From positions 1-35,481 of the IMG/VR virus record IMGVR_UViG_3300005069_000003: a stretch of DNA of 35,481 bases; one strand, written 5' to 3'. How positions within the stretch are numbered: position 1 is the stretch's first letter; every line of letters starts with the position of its first letter. Both the position numbers and the translations under genes were made by a program. The DNA is from a virus. The notes beneath the pieces are model-generated. The model made no database searches. It was not told where the DNA came from and saw only the letters and a list, made by a program, of their open reading frames with translations. This document shows, piece by piece, positions 8,117 through 17,700 of this stretch.

Positions 8117-9610
8117 ATGTTGAGTAAAAGAACTAGACAGCGGTCGCGCCCTAAGACCTATACAAGTACACAGGCGGCACCTTCGCCACCATCACTATCA
8201 TTACCTATGGTAACCAACATCACAGATACAACAGCTACGGCTGGGGTAACTACTGATAGTTCAAGCGGAACCCTTTATATAGCTGTAACTACAAGCGCTA
8301 CAGCTCCAACAGCTTCAGCTATTAAAGCTGGAACTGGTTTTACTTTTGCAGCTAACCAATCTATAACTACAACTGGTGCCAAAACCTTTAGCGTTACAGG
8401 TTTAACTGCTAGTACAACCTATTATCACTACTACGTACACAACAACGTCGTAGGTGATAGCGCTGTGTTGTCTGGGGCGTCGTTCAATACTATATCGTTA
8501 GCGCCTCCAGTATTATCTTCAGCTACAACTACTTCAGTTACGACTACTACAGCTACAGCTGGGGTAACTACAGATAGCTCAAGTGGTACGCTTTACATAG
8601 CTGTAACTACAAGCGCTACAGCTCCAACAGCTTCAGCTATTAAAGCTGGAACCGGCTTTACTTTTGCAGCTAACCAGTCTATAACTACGACAGGAGCTAA
8701 AACCTTTAGTGTGACAGGCTTAACTGCTAGCACAACTTACTATCACCATACGATTCATAACAATACTAATGGTGACAGCAACATACTTACAAGCTCATCA
8801 TTTACAACATCCGCCGGCGCATCTTACATTTTGGATACGCTAGCCGTCGCACCTACAAATGTTTACTCAATGCGTAAACTTCTAAGCGCTTACAGTGGTA
8901 ATGCAATCCGCGTTCGTCGCAGCTCTGATAATACTGAACAAGATATTGGGTTTTCTTCGAATATATTAGACACAACAACATTATTATCTTTTGTTGGTGC
9001 TGGTACTGGGTATGTTGTAACTTGGTATGACCAATCAGGTAATAACAGAGATTTAACACAAACCACTCAATCACAACAAGCAATCATTGTTAGTTCAGGT
9101 ATTTTAGTAGTCAATAACGGTGTACCATACATGACCTATCCATCGGGTGGAATTATGTTTACATCTACTAACTTTAGTTGGGGTGGTACTGTATGTATGT
9201 CGGCAGTAGCTTGGACTAGTGCTTCTAGCTATCGTAGGTTGGTGAATGTGGGGACAGATAACCTATGCTTCTTTGGGTCAGTTAGTGGTAATGCTGCTGT
9301 ATTCGTTGGTACAGGTACAGGCTGGAATGATGTTAACGCCAATGTTACATCCGTTGCGGTCACAAGCCCTTCAGTAATGTCTTTTGTTAACAACGGTGCA
9401 ACATTAAGACCGTTCACAAATGGTACAACTCACACTACTAAAAATGGTGCAACCATTACAGTTGGCTCCCAAGTTCTTGGGCTGGGTACGTTCTCTACCC
9501 AAGATTGGTCGGGTAGGGTTGCTGAGTTAATAGCTTGGCAGGGGTTATCTACAACAGACCGCCGCACGCTTGAAGTTGACCAAGGTACATATTATGGGGT
9601 TACAGTTTAA
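8117..9610 (+). CDS. Fibre or receptor-binding-like protein with two tandem Ig/FN3-like repeats and a C-terminal lectin-like (LamG/ConA-like?) domain
   Basis: 497 aa. A 106-aa period repeat with a 67-aa identical core. The C-terminal part (SMRKLLSAYSGNAIRVRRSSDN..DIGF...WYDQSGNNRDL) resembles carbohydrate-binding jelly-roll modules seen in phage fibres. Confidence 0.45.
   Translation: MLSKRTRQRSRPKTYTSTQAAPSPPSLSLPMVTNITDTTATAGVTTDSSSGTLYIAVTTSATAPTASAIKAGTGFTFAANQSITTTGAKTFSVTGLTASTTYYHYYVHNNVVGDSAVLSGASFNTISLAPPVLSSATTTSVTTTTATAGVTTDSSSGTLYIAVTTSATAPTASAIKAGTGFTFAANQSITTTGAKTFSVTGLTASTTYYHHTIHNNTNGDSNILTSSSFTTSAGASYILDTLAVAPTNVYSMRKLLSAYSGNAIRVRRSSDNTEQDIGFSSNILDTTTLLSFVGAGTGYVVTWYDQSGNNRDLTQTTQSQQAIIVSSGILVVNNGVPYMTYPSGGIMFTSTNFSWGGTVCMSAVAWTSASSYRRLVNVGTDNLCFFGSVSGNAAVFVGTGTGWNDVNANVTSVAVTSPSVMSFVNNGATLRPFTNGTTHTTKNGATITVGSQVLGLGTFSTQDWSGRVAELIAWQGLSTTDRRTLEVDQGTYYGVTV
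8228..8428 (+). repeat. Repeat unit 1 (67 codons) of the intragenic tandem duplication
   Basis: Encodes TTATAGVTTDSSSG...LTASTTYYH, the same peptide as 8546-8746. Confidence 0.9.
8546..8746 (+). repeat. Repeat unit 2 (67 codons) of the intragenic tandem duplication
   Basis: Same 67 aa as unit 1. By my count 21 nucleotide differences, all at third codon positions and all synonymous. Confidence 0.9.
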
Positions 9611-11010
9611 TGCAAATCCCTATTATTAATGGTATATACACTAGTGCTACCAGCGACTTTAGAACGTCGTACCCACGTAACTTAATACCTGTTGCTAAGC
9701 AGACGGGTGCCACTACAGGATACCTACGCCCGGCGGATGGTATAGAGTTACTTGCGTCTGGAGTTGGGAGGGATCGAGGTGCGATTAATTGGGATGGTGT
9801 ATGTTACAGGGTTCAGGGTTCTAGTTTAATATCTGTAGACCTCCAAGGGGTGGTGACTACCTTAGGTGATGTTGGCGATGATGGTAACGATGTAAGTATA
9901 GACTACTCATTTGATCGTCTAGCTATAGTGTCAGCAGGACGTTTGTGGTACTACAAAGATGCCACCGTAACCCAAGTTATGGACAACGATTTAGGATTTG
10001 TTAGATCGGTTATATTCGTAGATGGTTATTTTATGTTAAGTGATAGCCAATCCCTACTTGTCACAGACTTAACTGATCCAACATCAATAAACCCATTAAA
10101 ATACGGTTCCGCAGAGGTAGACCCAGATATCATCCAGTCGGTTATCAAGATACGTAATGAACCAATCGCTATTGGACGTTATACGTGTGAATTTTATCAA
10201 AACATTGGCGGGACATTCTTCCCATTCCAAAGGGTTAATGGCGCTTCGATATCAAAGGGTGCAATAGGTCCACGCGCGTCTACTAAGTTTTTAGACATGA
10301 TCGCAATGGTTGGGAGTGGTAGAAACGAGCCACCTCAAGTGCTCACAGCTACGAATGGGCAGTATATTAAGATATCGACGCGCGAGATTGATCAAATTCT
10401 ACAGGGATACACACCTACAGAGCTATCAAATTGCGTGGTAGAGTCCAGAATTGATAATGATCACGCATTCTTACTTATTCATTTACCCGATCAAACTTTA
10501 GTATATGACGCAAGCAGCTCAACTGCTATGAAGGAGTATATATGGTTTACTTTAGACAGTGGCAAAACAAACCCGGCGCAATATAAAATGCGCAATTTAG
10601 TGTGGTTGGAATCTAAATGGGTGGGTGCAGCGCCTACTGGAGATATGGGTACGTATACCCTATCATCAGCCGACCATTACGGCGAGCTTGTCGGTTGGAA
10701 CTTCGCTACCCAATTTATGTATAATGAAGGGCGAGGAGCTGTGGTGCATGAGTTAGAGCTTATAACATTATCCGGTAGAGCTAAACCAAATACAAACCCA
10801 ACAATATGGACATCGTACTCTGTAGATGGTGTTACTTGGAGCCTAGAGCAGCCTAAATCGAACCTAGCGCAAGGGCAACGCTTAAGCAAGGTATCTTGGC
10901 TACAACAAGGCTTGATGCGCCAATGGCGCGTACAGAGGTTTAGAGGGTTTAGCGACTCTATGCTATCAGTCGCTAGGTTAGAAGCTAGATTGGAGCCTTT
11001 AAATGTCTAA
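9610..11010 (+). CDS. Tail accessory or hub protein, P22 gp10-like
   Basis: 466 aa. TAATG overlap with the upstream gene. HAFLLIHLPDQTLVYDASSS parallels the P22 gp10 segment HELLIIHLPRHVLVYDASSS (recalled from memory). Confidence 0.6.
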   Translation: MQIPIINGIYTSATSDFRTSYPRNLIPVAKQTGATTGYLRPADGIELLASGVGRDRGAINWDGVCYRVQGSSLISVDLQGVVTTLGDVGDDGNDVSIDYSFDRLAIVSAGRLWYYKDATVTQVMDNDLGFVRSVIFVDGYFMLSDSQSLLVTDLTDPTSINPLKYGSAEVDPDIIQSVIKIRNEPIAIGRYTCEFYQNIGGTFFPFQRVNGASISKGAIGPRASTKFLDMIAMVGSGRNEPPQVLTATNGQYIKISTREIDQILQGYTPTELSNCVVESRIDNDHAFLLIHLPDQTLVYDASSSTAMKEYIWFTLDSGKTNPAQYKMRNLVWLESKWVGAAPTGDMGTYTLSSADHYGELVGWNFATQFMYNEGRGAVVHELELITLSGRAKPNTNPTIWTSYSVDGVTWSLEQPKSNLAQGQRLSKVSWLQQGLMRQWRVQRFRGFSDSMLSVARLEARLEPLNV

Positions 11011-11476
11011 TGAATACAATTTAAACGTTACTCGTCAGCAGCTATCACAGATATTTAATGCAGACCCACGGATGATAAAGGCTTTTGAGGATCTTTTCAA
11101 AAAGACCTTTATTGAAACACCAGCACAAATAGATGCAAGTGATACATCACAAATACCATACAACAATAACATTGACGCAACGACATTAAACAGCATTATT
11201 TTAGCTGTTACGCCGGTCATTCTGGGTGTTGTCGCCGATGTTTTATCGCAGATAGATAATGTTGTGCAGGATCAATCATTACAGTACACACCACCCACAT
11301 CTACTGACAATGATTTAACAACTAGGCAACCGACTGCTTTTAGGTCGACAGTTAATTTATCAGACGCTTCCGGGGTTGGGTCCGCAACTTTAACAAATGC
11401 ACCAGTAAGTAGCAACCCTACTAAATGGATTAGTATAGACGACAACGGAACAATCCGACGCATCCCAACTTGGTAA
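11003..11476 (+). CDS. Hypothetical tail-module protein (157 aa)
   Basis: 8-nt ATGTCTAA overlap with the gp10-like gene. It occupies the position of the tail needle or plug in P22-like gene order, but I see no sequence resemblance. Confidence 0.5.
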   Translation: MSNEYNLNVTRQQLSQIFNADPRMIKAFEDLFKKTFIETPAQIDASDTSQIPYNNNIDATTLNSIILAVTPVILGVVADVLSQIDNVVQDQSLQYTPPTSTDNDLTTRQPTAFRSTVNLSDASGVGSATLTNAPVSSNPTKWISIDDNGTIRRIPTW

Positions 11477-11487
11477 AAAGGAAAATC

Positions 11488-11823
11488 ATGGCTATCGTAG
11501 TAAAAAACATCATTCCACGTAAATACGCAGAGAATGCTCAAACAACACAGTACACAGCAGTCAATTGTAAAACTGTGATTGATAAGTTCACTATAACTAA
11601 CATTAGTGGGGCTACTGTTACTATCAGTATCAATTTGGTTTTATCTGGTAATACACCTAGTAACCTAGATTTAGTTTTGAAGTTGAAAGCTATTCAGCCT
11701 AATGAGACGTACCAAGCATCCGAATTAGTGGGGCAATCACTAGAATCTGGTGGCTTTATCTCATTAGTTGCAAGTGTTGGATCAGCTTTGGTGGTGAGTG
11801 CTACTGGGCGTGAAATCACATAA
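11488..11823 (+). CDS. Hypothetical protein (111 aa), last gene of late block 1
   Basis: AAAGGA SD before ATG 11488, preferred over the TTG at 11470. Confidence 0.5.
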   Translation: MAIVVKNIIPRKYAENAQTTQYTAVNCKTVIDKFTITNISGATVTISINLVLSGNTPSNLDLVLKLKAIQPNETYQASELVGQSLESGGFISLVASVGSALVVSATGREIT

Positions 11824-11831
11824 GATTACCT

Positions 11832-11988
11832 AAAACCTAGTTTTGTAAATACGGAATTTGTAAAATCTATTTTCAAAAACATAGGGTTAACCCTTAGTTT
11901 GTCTCATTTTAGAGACATTTTTGCTACAGATAAGCCCCTAAAATGTAGCAAGTTATAACAAAGCACCTTTTTCATAACTTTTAGTTAT
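11832..11988 (+). repeat. Duplicated non-coding element, copy B (contiguous, 157 bp)
   Basis: Matches 35369-35481/54 and 232-274 with 3 mismatches in total. AGGGTTAACCCT lies at 11883-11894. Confidence 0.9.
11900..11922 (+). terminator. Weak intrinsic-terminator-like hairpin inside the duplicated element (also at 9-31 = 35437-35459)
   Basis: TGTCTC-ATTTTA-GAGACA followed by TTTTT. The stem is only 6 bp with 3 GC pairs. It lies 77 nt after the stop of the last gene of block 1. Confidence 0.35.
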
Positions 11989-12027
11989 GTTACGACTATT
12001 TAACCACCTATTATTTTTATAGAATTA

Positions 12028-12036
12028 TGTTATAAT
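12028..12036 (+). promoter_or_regulatory. Extended -10 promoter (TGtTATAAT) for late block 2 and the GNAT gene
   Basis: tgttataat read directly. No good -35 hexamer. It lies 40 bp downstream of element copy B. Confidence 0.4.
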
Positions 12037-12144
12037 ATAAAAGATTGTGGTGGTAAATGTATCATCCCTTTTATTACCACGATCATCATTGTCGAGTTAC
12101 CAAGCCGCCGACAGCTTAATCAGATATATACCTTATGGGCGTTT

Positions 12145-12597
12145 ATGGTAACTACCAATGTTCTTCGCGCAAAATCTAGCCACTTAGATTTTATCAACTA
12201 TATCTTAGAAGAAAGTAGTATATCCCGTCATATTAATGACGATATCAGTATAAAATCATTGGGCATCGTACGTGATCACACTCATTTTATCATTGTAGAA
12301 GAAGACAATACCCCCACTGGGTTATTCCTAGCTGTTCCTATTAACTCTGTGACAGTAGACATCCATACCTGCATCCGCGATTGTAAAGAGAAAATGACTG
12401 CTGGGGTATTAGGGATAGAACTACTACGTGGTGAAGGTATTATATGCGCCACATCCCATATCCCTGAATACAATACAGCAGCGCTTAAGTATTCTTTGCG
12501 TTGTGGGTTCCAAAAGTGCGGGTTTATCCCCAAATCGTACTTATTTAATGGTGTTGCCATCGGTCAGCACCTTGTCTATAAAAATTTAGGAGTTTAA
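12145..12597 (+). CDS. GNAT-family N-acetyltransferase (putative)
   Basis: 150 aa. C-terminal NTAALKYSLRCGFQKCGFIP matches the GNAT motif-B pattern N..A...Y.k.GF...G. Weak SD. Confidence 0.5.
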   Translation: MVTTNVLRAKSSHLDFINYILEESSISRHINDDISIKSLGIVRDHTHFIIVEEDNTPTGLFLAVPINSVTVDIHTCIRDCKEKMTAGVLGIELLRGEGIICATSHIPEYNTAALKYSLRCGFQKCGFIPKSYLFNGVAIGQHLVYKNLGV

Positions 12598-12599
12598 TT

Positions 12600-13250
12600 A
12601 TGCCAGTAGCAGCCGCATTGCCAGCATTAGCCGTAGGGGCTTCAGTCGTTGGTGGTATCACGTCCGCCAACTCTGCCCGAAAAGCAGGGAACAAAGCAGC
12701 AGATGCACAGATGGAATCTGCACAATTGGGTATTGAAGAGCAGCGCCGTCAGTTCGACGCTATCCAAGAGCTATTAAAACCATACAGTCAAGCTGGCACC
12801 CAATCTCTTGGTATGCAGCAAGGGCTGCTAGGGTTGAATGGTAATACTGCCCAAAACGATTTAATCACCCAAATAATGAATAGTGGGCAATTTAACCAAT
12901 TAGCGCAGCAGCAAGAAAATGCATTGCTACAAAATGCATCCGCTACTGGGGGCTTGCGTGGCGGGAATATCCAAGCGGCTCTAGCGCAATTTAGACCAAA
13001 CTTACTAAACCAAATGATCCAGCAACAGTACAGCAACCTTGGGGGCTTGACTTCCTTAGGGCAAAATGCCGCAGCAATGACTGGCAACGCCGGGCAGAAC
13101 ATGGCAAATAATGTAAGTAACTTGTTTAATCAACAAGGCGCAGCACAAGCAGGCGCGTATTTAAACGCAGCTAATCAGCAAGGTAATATGTTTAATTCTG
13201 TTGTTGGCGGCATCGGCGGGGCGGCTAGATTGTTCGGGGGTACGGTATGA
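12600..13250 (+). CDS. Putative internal or ejection protein (Q/N/G/A-rich, hydrophobic N-terminus)
   Basis: 216 aa. AGGAG SD. Low-complexity composition. Position before the large ejection proteins. Confidence 0.4.
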   Translation: MPVAAALPALAVGASVVGGITSANSARKAGNKAADAQMESAQLGIEEQRRQFDAIQELLKPYSQAGTQSLGMQQGLLGLNGNTAQNDLITQIMNSGQFNQLAQQQENALLQNASATGGLRGGNIQAALAQFRPNLLNQMIQQQYSNLGGLTSLGQNAAAMTGNAGQNMANNVSNLFNQQGAAQAGAYLNAANQQGNMFNSVVGGIGGAARLFGGTV

Positions 13251-14755
13251 ACCCAATAAATTATACGAGCATGTTGGCGGCAGAAAACCCATTTGATGCG
13301 TCCCTTCGTGGGTTTGCTGCCGCGGATACGATGCTTAATACACTATCTCAAAGACAAGAACAAGAGCGCGCTAATCAATTAAAGGCGCAGCTACAAGCTC
13401 AAGAACAAGCCCAAAAGCAGGCAATGGCTGCCGACTTACTGGCTTTATCACAAAACCCGAACCCTACAGGGCAGCAGTACCTTTCAGTGATGACTAAATA
13501 CCCATCACTATCGGCTGGGTTAAAACCAGCGTATGAAGCTCTAGATGCTCAAAATAAGCAAAACTTACTTAGCCAAGTATCTAAGATAAATACTGCCCTT
13601 ATTAAGGGTAGACCTGATATTGCTATGTCAGAGTTAAAGAATCAAGAGCAGGCTTACAGGAATGCGGGAGACACAAAGACAGCGGATACTCTTGCTAGTT
13701 TTTATGATCAGTTCAATGGTGCAGACCCTGCACAAGCAAAACTAATATCAGGTATGTTAACGGCATCAGTCATGGGCGCAGATAAATATGATCAGGCTTA
13801 CGCTAATATTGTCAAAGCCCAAACTGAACAAGACCTAGCCCCTGTAAAGATGCGTCAAGCAGAAGCAGAGGCAAAGAGCGCTGAATCAAAAGCTAAGGCG
13901 GATATATACGCCCCACAAGAAGCCAAAGCCAAAGCAACTAGTGCTGGGTATCAAGCTATGGCGGACGCTAATAAACCTGTAGTTTCTGCAGCAGAAGCTA
14001 AGATCAAGGGCTACGAAGCTATTAATACCCCCATCAAACAAAACCTTGAAAACGCACGAATAACCGCCCAAACCAATGATTACATTAGCAGAATAAAGGA
14101 TAGGGCAGATCGTTTTGGGTTAGATAGCGAAGAACTAAACATGAAGCTTGATGAGGCACTATATAAAAAAACAAACCCAACCCTAGACAAGGACGCACGA
14201 GAATTAATTAATAAAAATCGTATTGACGCGCAAGCGGCTAAATCTCAAGCAGACCAAATGAATACACTTGCTGATCAACTTGACGCGGCAGCGAAAGAAG
14301 CGGCGCGGGGGGGTGTAGTAGCGCGGGGGTGGGAGTCAGTGAAAAGGTTTGGTGGCGAACAAAATTCAGTAAGCGCCTTACGGGCTAGATCGATTTTCCT
14401 CAAAAACCAACAAGTTGTTAAGTCTTTACCATCAGGCAACACCTCGGATCGTGATATTGAGATTTTTAATAGAGGTGTGCCACCAGACGATGCGGATTTA
14501 GAGTATATGGCTTCATATCTACGTGGTGAGGCAAAACTAAGTGCGTTGGTGGCAAAAGACGCTGATTTGCGCGCTGACTGGGTTAATGAAGTTGGTTCGT
14601 TGGCTAACCCTCGAAGGGATATAGTGGTTAATGGTGTTACAGTTAGGGCGGGGATGTCTTTTTCTGATTTTTACAGAGAGAGTAGTAAAATTAAAGGGCA
14701 AGCAGCCCCACTCCCTTCTCAGGGCAGAAGGTATTTAGAGGGGTTGGGGGGATAG
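13247..14755 (+). CDS. Putative internal or ejection protein (A/Q/K-rich coiled coil)
   Basis: 502 aa. ATGA overlap with the upstream gene. Confidence 0.4.
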   Translation: MNPINYTSMLAAENPFDASLRGFAAADTMLNTLSQRQEQERANQLKAQLQAQEQAQKQAMAADLLALSQNPNPTGQQYLSVMTKYPSLSAGLKPAYEALDAQNKQNLLSQVSKINTALIKGRPDIAMSELKNQEQAYRNAGDTKTADTLASFYDQFNGADPAQAKLISGMLTASVMGADKYDQAYANIVKAQTEQDLAPVKMRQAEAEAKSAESKAKADIYAPQEAKAKATSAGYQAMADANKPVVSAAEAKIKGYEAINTPIKQNLENARITAQTNDYISRIKDRADRFGLDSEELNMKLDEALYKKTNPTLDKDARELINKNRIDAQAAKSQADQMNTLADQLDAAAKEAARGGVVARGWESVKRFGGEQNSVSALRARSIFLKNQQVVKSLPSGNTSDRDIEIFNRGVPPDDADLEYMASYLRGEAKLSALVAKDADLRADWVNEVGSLANPRRDIVVNGVTVRAGMSFSDFYRESSKIKGQAAPLPSQGRRYLEGLGG

Positions 14756-14758
14756 ATT

Positions 14759-17700
14759 ATGGCAAAAAAGGAAGATTTAGAGCTATACGCCCAATACCCT
14801 AGCGTCAGGAAACTTTTAGATACTATCGCCTTTGCAGAGGGTACGGATAAGCTGCACGGCTACAACACCCTCGTAGGTGGTAAAAAGATAGCGGATTTAT
14901 CAAACCACCCCAATATTGTTGGGCTGAAAACGAAGGACGGCGCTAGTACAGCGTTTGGTAGGTATCAAATAACCGGCAGCACGTGGAGGGGGTTACAAAA
15001 AAAGTACGGGTTTAGCGACTTTACGCCTGAAACACAGGATTTAGCCGCCGTAGCGCTATTAAAAGATGCAGGGGCTTTGCCTGCAGTGTTAGCTGGGGAT
15101 TTGAAGGGAGGTATAGATAAAGTTAAAAATATATGGGTTTCTTTACCTGGCTCAAATACTAAAAACCAGCCAGAGAAATCCTGGGGGGACATAGATAAAT
15201 TCTTGGGTACCACGAATCCTTTTAATCAGGGCACTGAGCATATGCGCCGTAAGATAGGTACGCCTGCCCAAAAAGACAATAGTATCTCGTTGGACAAAAT
15301 TTTCAACGACTATATAGCAGGTAAGATGTCCGAGGGCGCAAAACAAGATTTTGAGCAAGATGTTGCTGCAGGAGTACTTATGTATCCCGAGCATATGCGC
15401 CGTAAGATAGGTACGCCACAACCAGAGCCATCCTTATTAGACAAAGCGAAAGACTTATTCACTGGGGATTTAAGAAAAACTCAAGAATCCCAAGGGCTCC
15501 CTGATTGGGAATCTATGCCTGAAATGAACGACCTATCATGGGCTGGTGCAAAAACAGGGTTAGGTACTTTCATATCGCCCACAGCCGAGGGTGTCCAAAC
15601 CTTAAAAACAAACTTCCCCCAAGTGGAAGTCAAACAGGATACTAAGGGTAACTACTTAATAAAGTCAGCTATGGATGGTAAGTGGTACTCAAGTAAGCCA
15701 GGTTTAACAGCAGCAGATGTCATTAAAACAGGTGCAGTTGCGGCAGCCTCTTTAGCAGCTACTCCAGCAGCTTTATTAGCCCGGTCGGGGTCAGTTTTAG
15801 GTGCTGCCGGGCTAGGTGCAGGCACTCAAGCCGGCATTGAAGGTATCCAAGCAGCTACAGGTGGAGAGTTCAACCCGGCGGATATTGCTATAGCTGGTGC
15901 ATTAGGTGGCGCAATACCTGGTGTGGTTGGTGCGGTTAAAGCCGCAAAGACCCCTTTGAACAACATACTAGCGCGCGTTGAATCTCGTGGACTACAGCAA
16001 GAAGTTGCTGCTTTACCACATACCCCACCAATGGCGGCGCCTACTACGCGCCCTACTGTTGTGAGTATGCCGGACTCTTTATCTACACCACCTATTACGC
16101 AACCGCCTATAGATGCGGCTACCCCTATGGCTGCACCAGCTACTAGAGTGCGGGCAACTAATATAGTAGAGCCTATACAACCCACAACCATACCTGATGA
16201 AGTCCCTACAGTATCAACACCAGAGTTTTTGGCGGCAGAACAACTTACAGACACCGCAAAAAAAGCTGCTACTGGCACATTCCCTGGTAAAGCACAAGCT
16301 ACTTTAGCAGAGCAGGCAGCGCCTGATCCTGAAGTTCTTGCGGCTGCCCAACGTCTAGGTATCGAAGATTATCTACAACCTGATCATGTGACCACTAATC
16401 AAGTGTACCGCGAATTGGCACAAGCAGTTAAATCTGTACCTGGCTCAACAGCCAGAGCATCCGAGTTGGAAGGGCTAAAAGAAGTTGCTAAACGTGCCGA
16501 TGATATTATCACTAAAATTGGAACTTTGGATGCATCAGAGCTTGATTACACCGTAAAAGAAGCTATGTCAAGAACTCAAAGTGAGCTTGAGAGTAGGGCG
16601 AATGTTTTGTATAGTCAATTGAGGGGGAGCATACCCGCAAAAACAAGTGTTAACGTCGATAATATCGTTAATTATATACAATCACGTGCAGATGACTTAG
16701 GTGGTATAAAAAACTTATCCCCTGTAGAGAAAACAATATTAAGTAAACTTAACCCTAAAAATGGTACACAACCAACATACGCACTTCTAGATGATGTTAG
16801 GCGCGATTTAACAGCCGCGCGTGTGAAAAGAGAGGGTATTTTTAAAGATGCCGATTCCGGACAAATAAAAAAACTAGAGCGTGAGCTAACAAAAGACCAA
16901 GCTTTAATTGTTGACTCTTTTGGTGCAACCGATATTTTTAGACAGGCTAGGCAGGCAGTGGCTATCCGTAAATCTTTAGAAGATGATATGCAATCTTTGT
17001 TTGGCAAAGAGCTTAATAATTCTATGCTACCAGCCCTCAAAGGGTCAGTTGAGCAACTACCAGCGGGTAATTCCCAACGGTTTATTAAGCTCCTAAAGTT
17101 AGTGCCTGAAGCACAACGTCAGGAAGCCGTCGCGGCAGGGTTAAATACCGCGTTTGGAAAAAATGCCAGGAACGGGAATTTAAATTTTACTACTTACACG
17201 AACTGGTTTGAAGGCTTGCAACGCAACAAACAGTCATACGCGGCTATTATGTCAAATTTACCACCAGAGTCTGTGGTGCAACTAAAAGACTTGTACAAAG
17301 TATCAAAGGGTATTAGTTTAGCTTCTAAAGAACGCATAGTAACTGGGCGCATCATGGCGGTACAAGAACAATTCAAAAATTCGGATACTATAATGGGTAA
17401 CATCTACGACCTAGCTAAAAAATCATCTATAGGCGCGGTAGCTGGTGTTGTAACTGCACCCATAGGTGGTTCCGCTGGTGTTGGGTTAGCTTCAGGGTTG
17501 ACCGCTGCTCTATCAAGGAACAGGACTAAAGCTATCCAAGCAGCAGATAAATTAATCTCGTCACCTGAATTCTTGGGGTTAGTTCGAAAAATTAATTTAG
17601 GTATAGACCCTAAGAATATAGCAAAATCCCCAGAGATTAAACAAACAATACAAAAAATGGCGCGATCAGAAAAGTTCATAAACTTCATGAAGGCGGTCAA

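Noticed and set aside
8228-8746. Template/variable repeat pair of a diversity-generating retroelement
   Set aside because: The differences are not adenine-specific, all are synonymous, and no reverse transcriptase gene is present in the genome.
15826-16278. 150-aa minus-strand ORF inside the 1014-aa gene. Similar antisense ORFs lie at 14965-15213, 15152-15421, 16672-17040, 17194-17403 and 17404-17796
   Set aside because: They are antisense to a gene with a clear lambda-R-like domain. The Ala/Gly-rich sense coding generates open antisense frames, and there are no RBSs.
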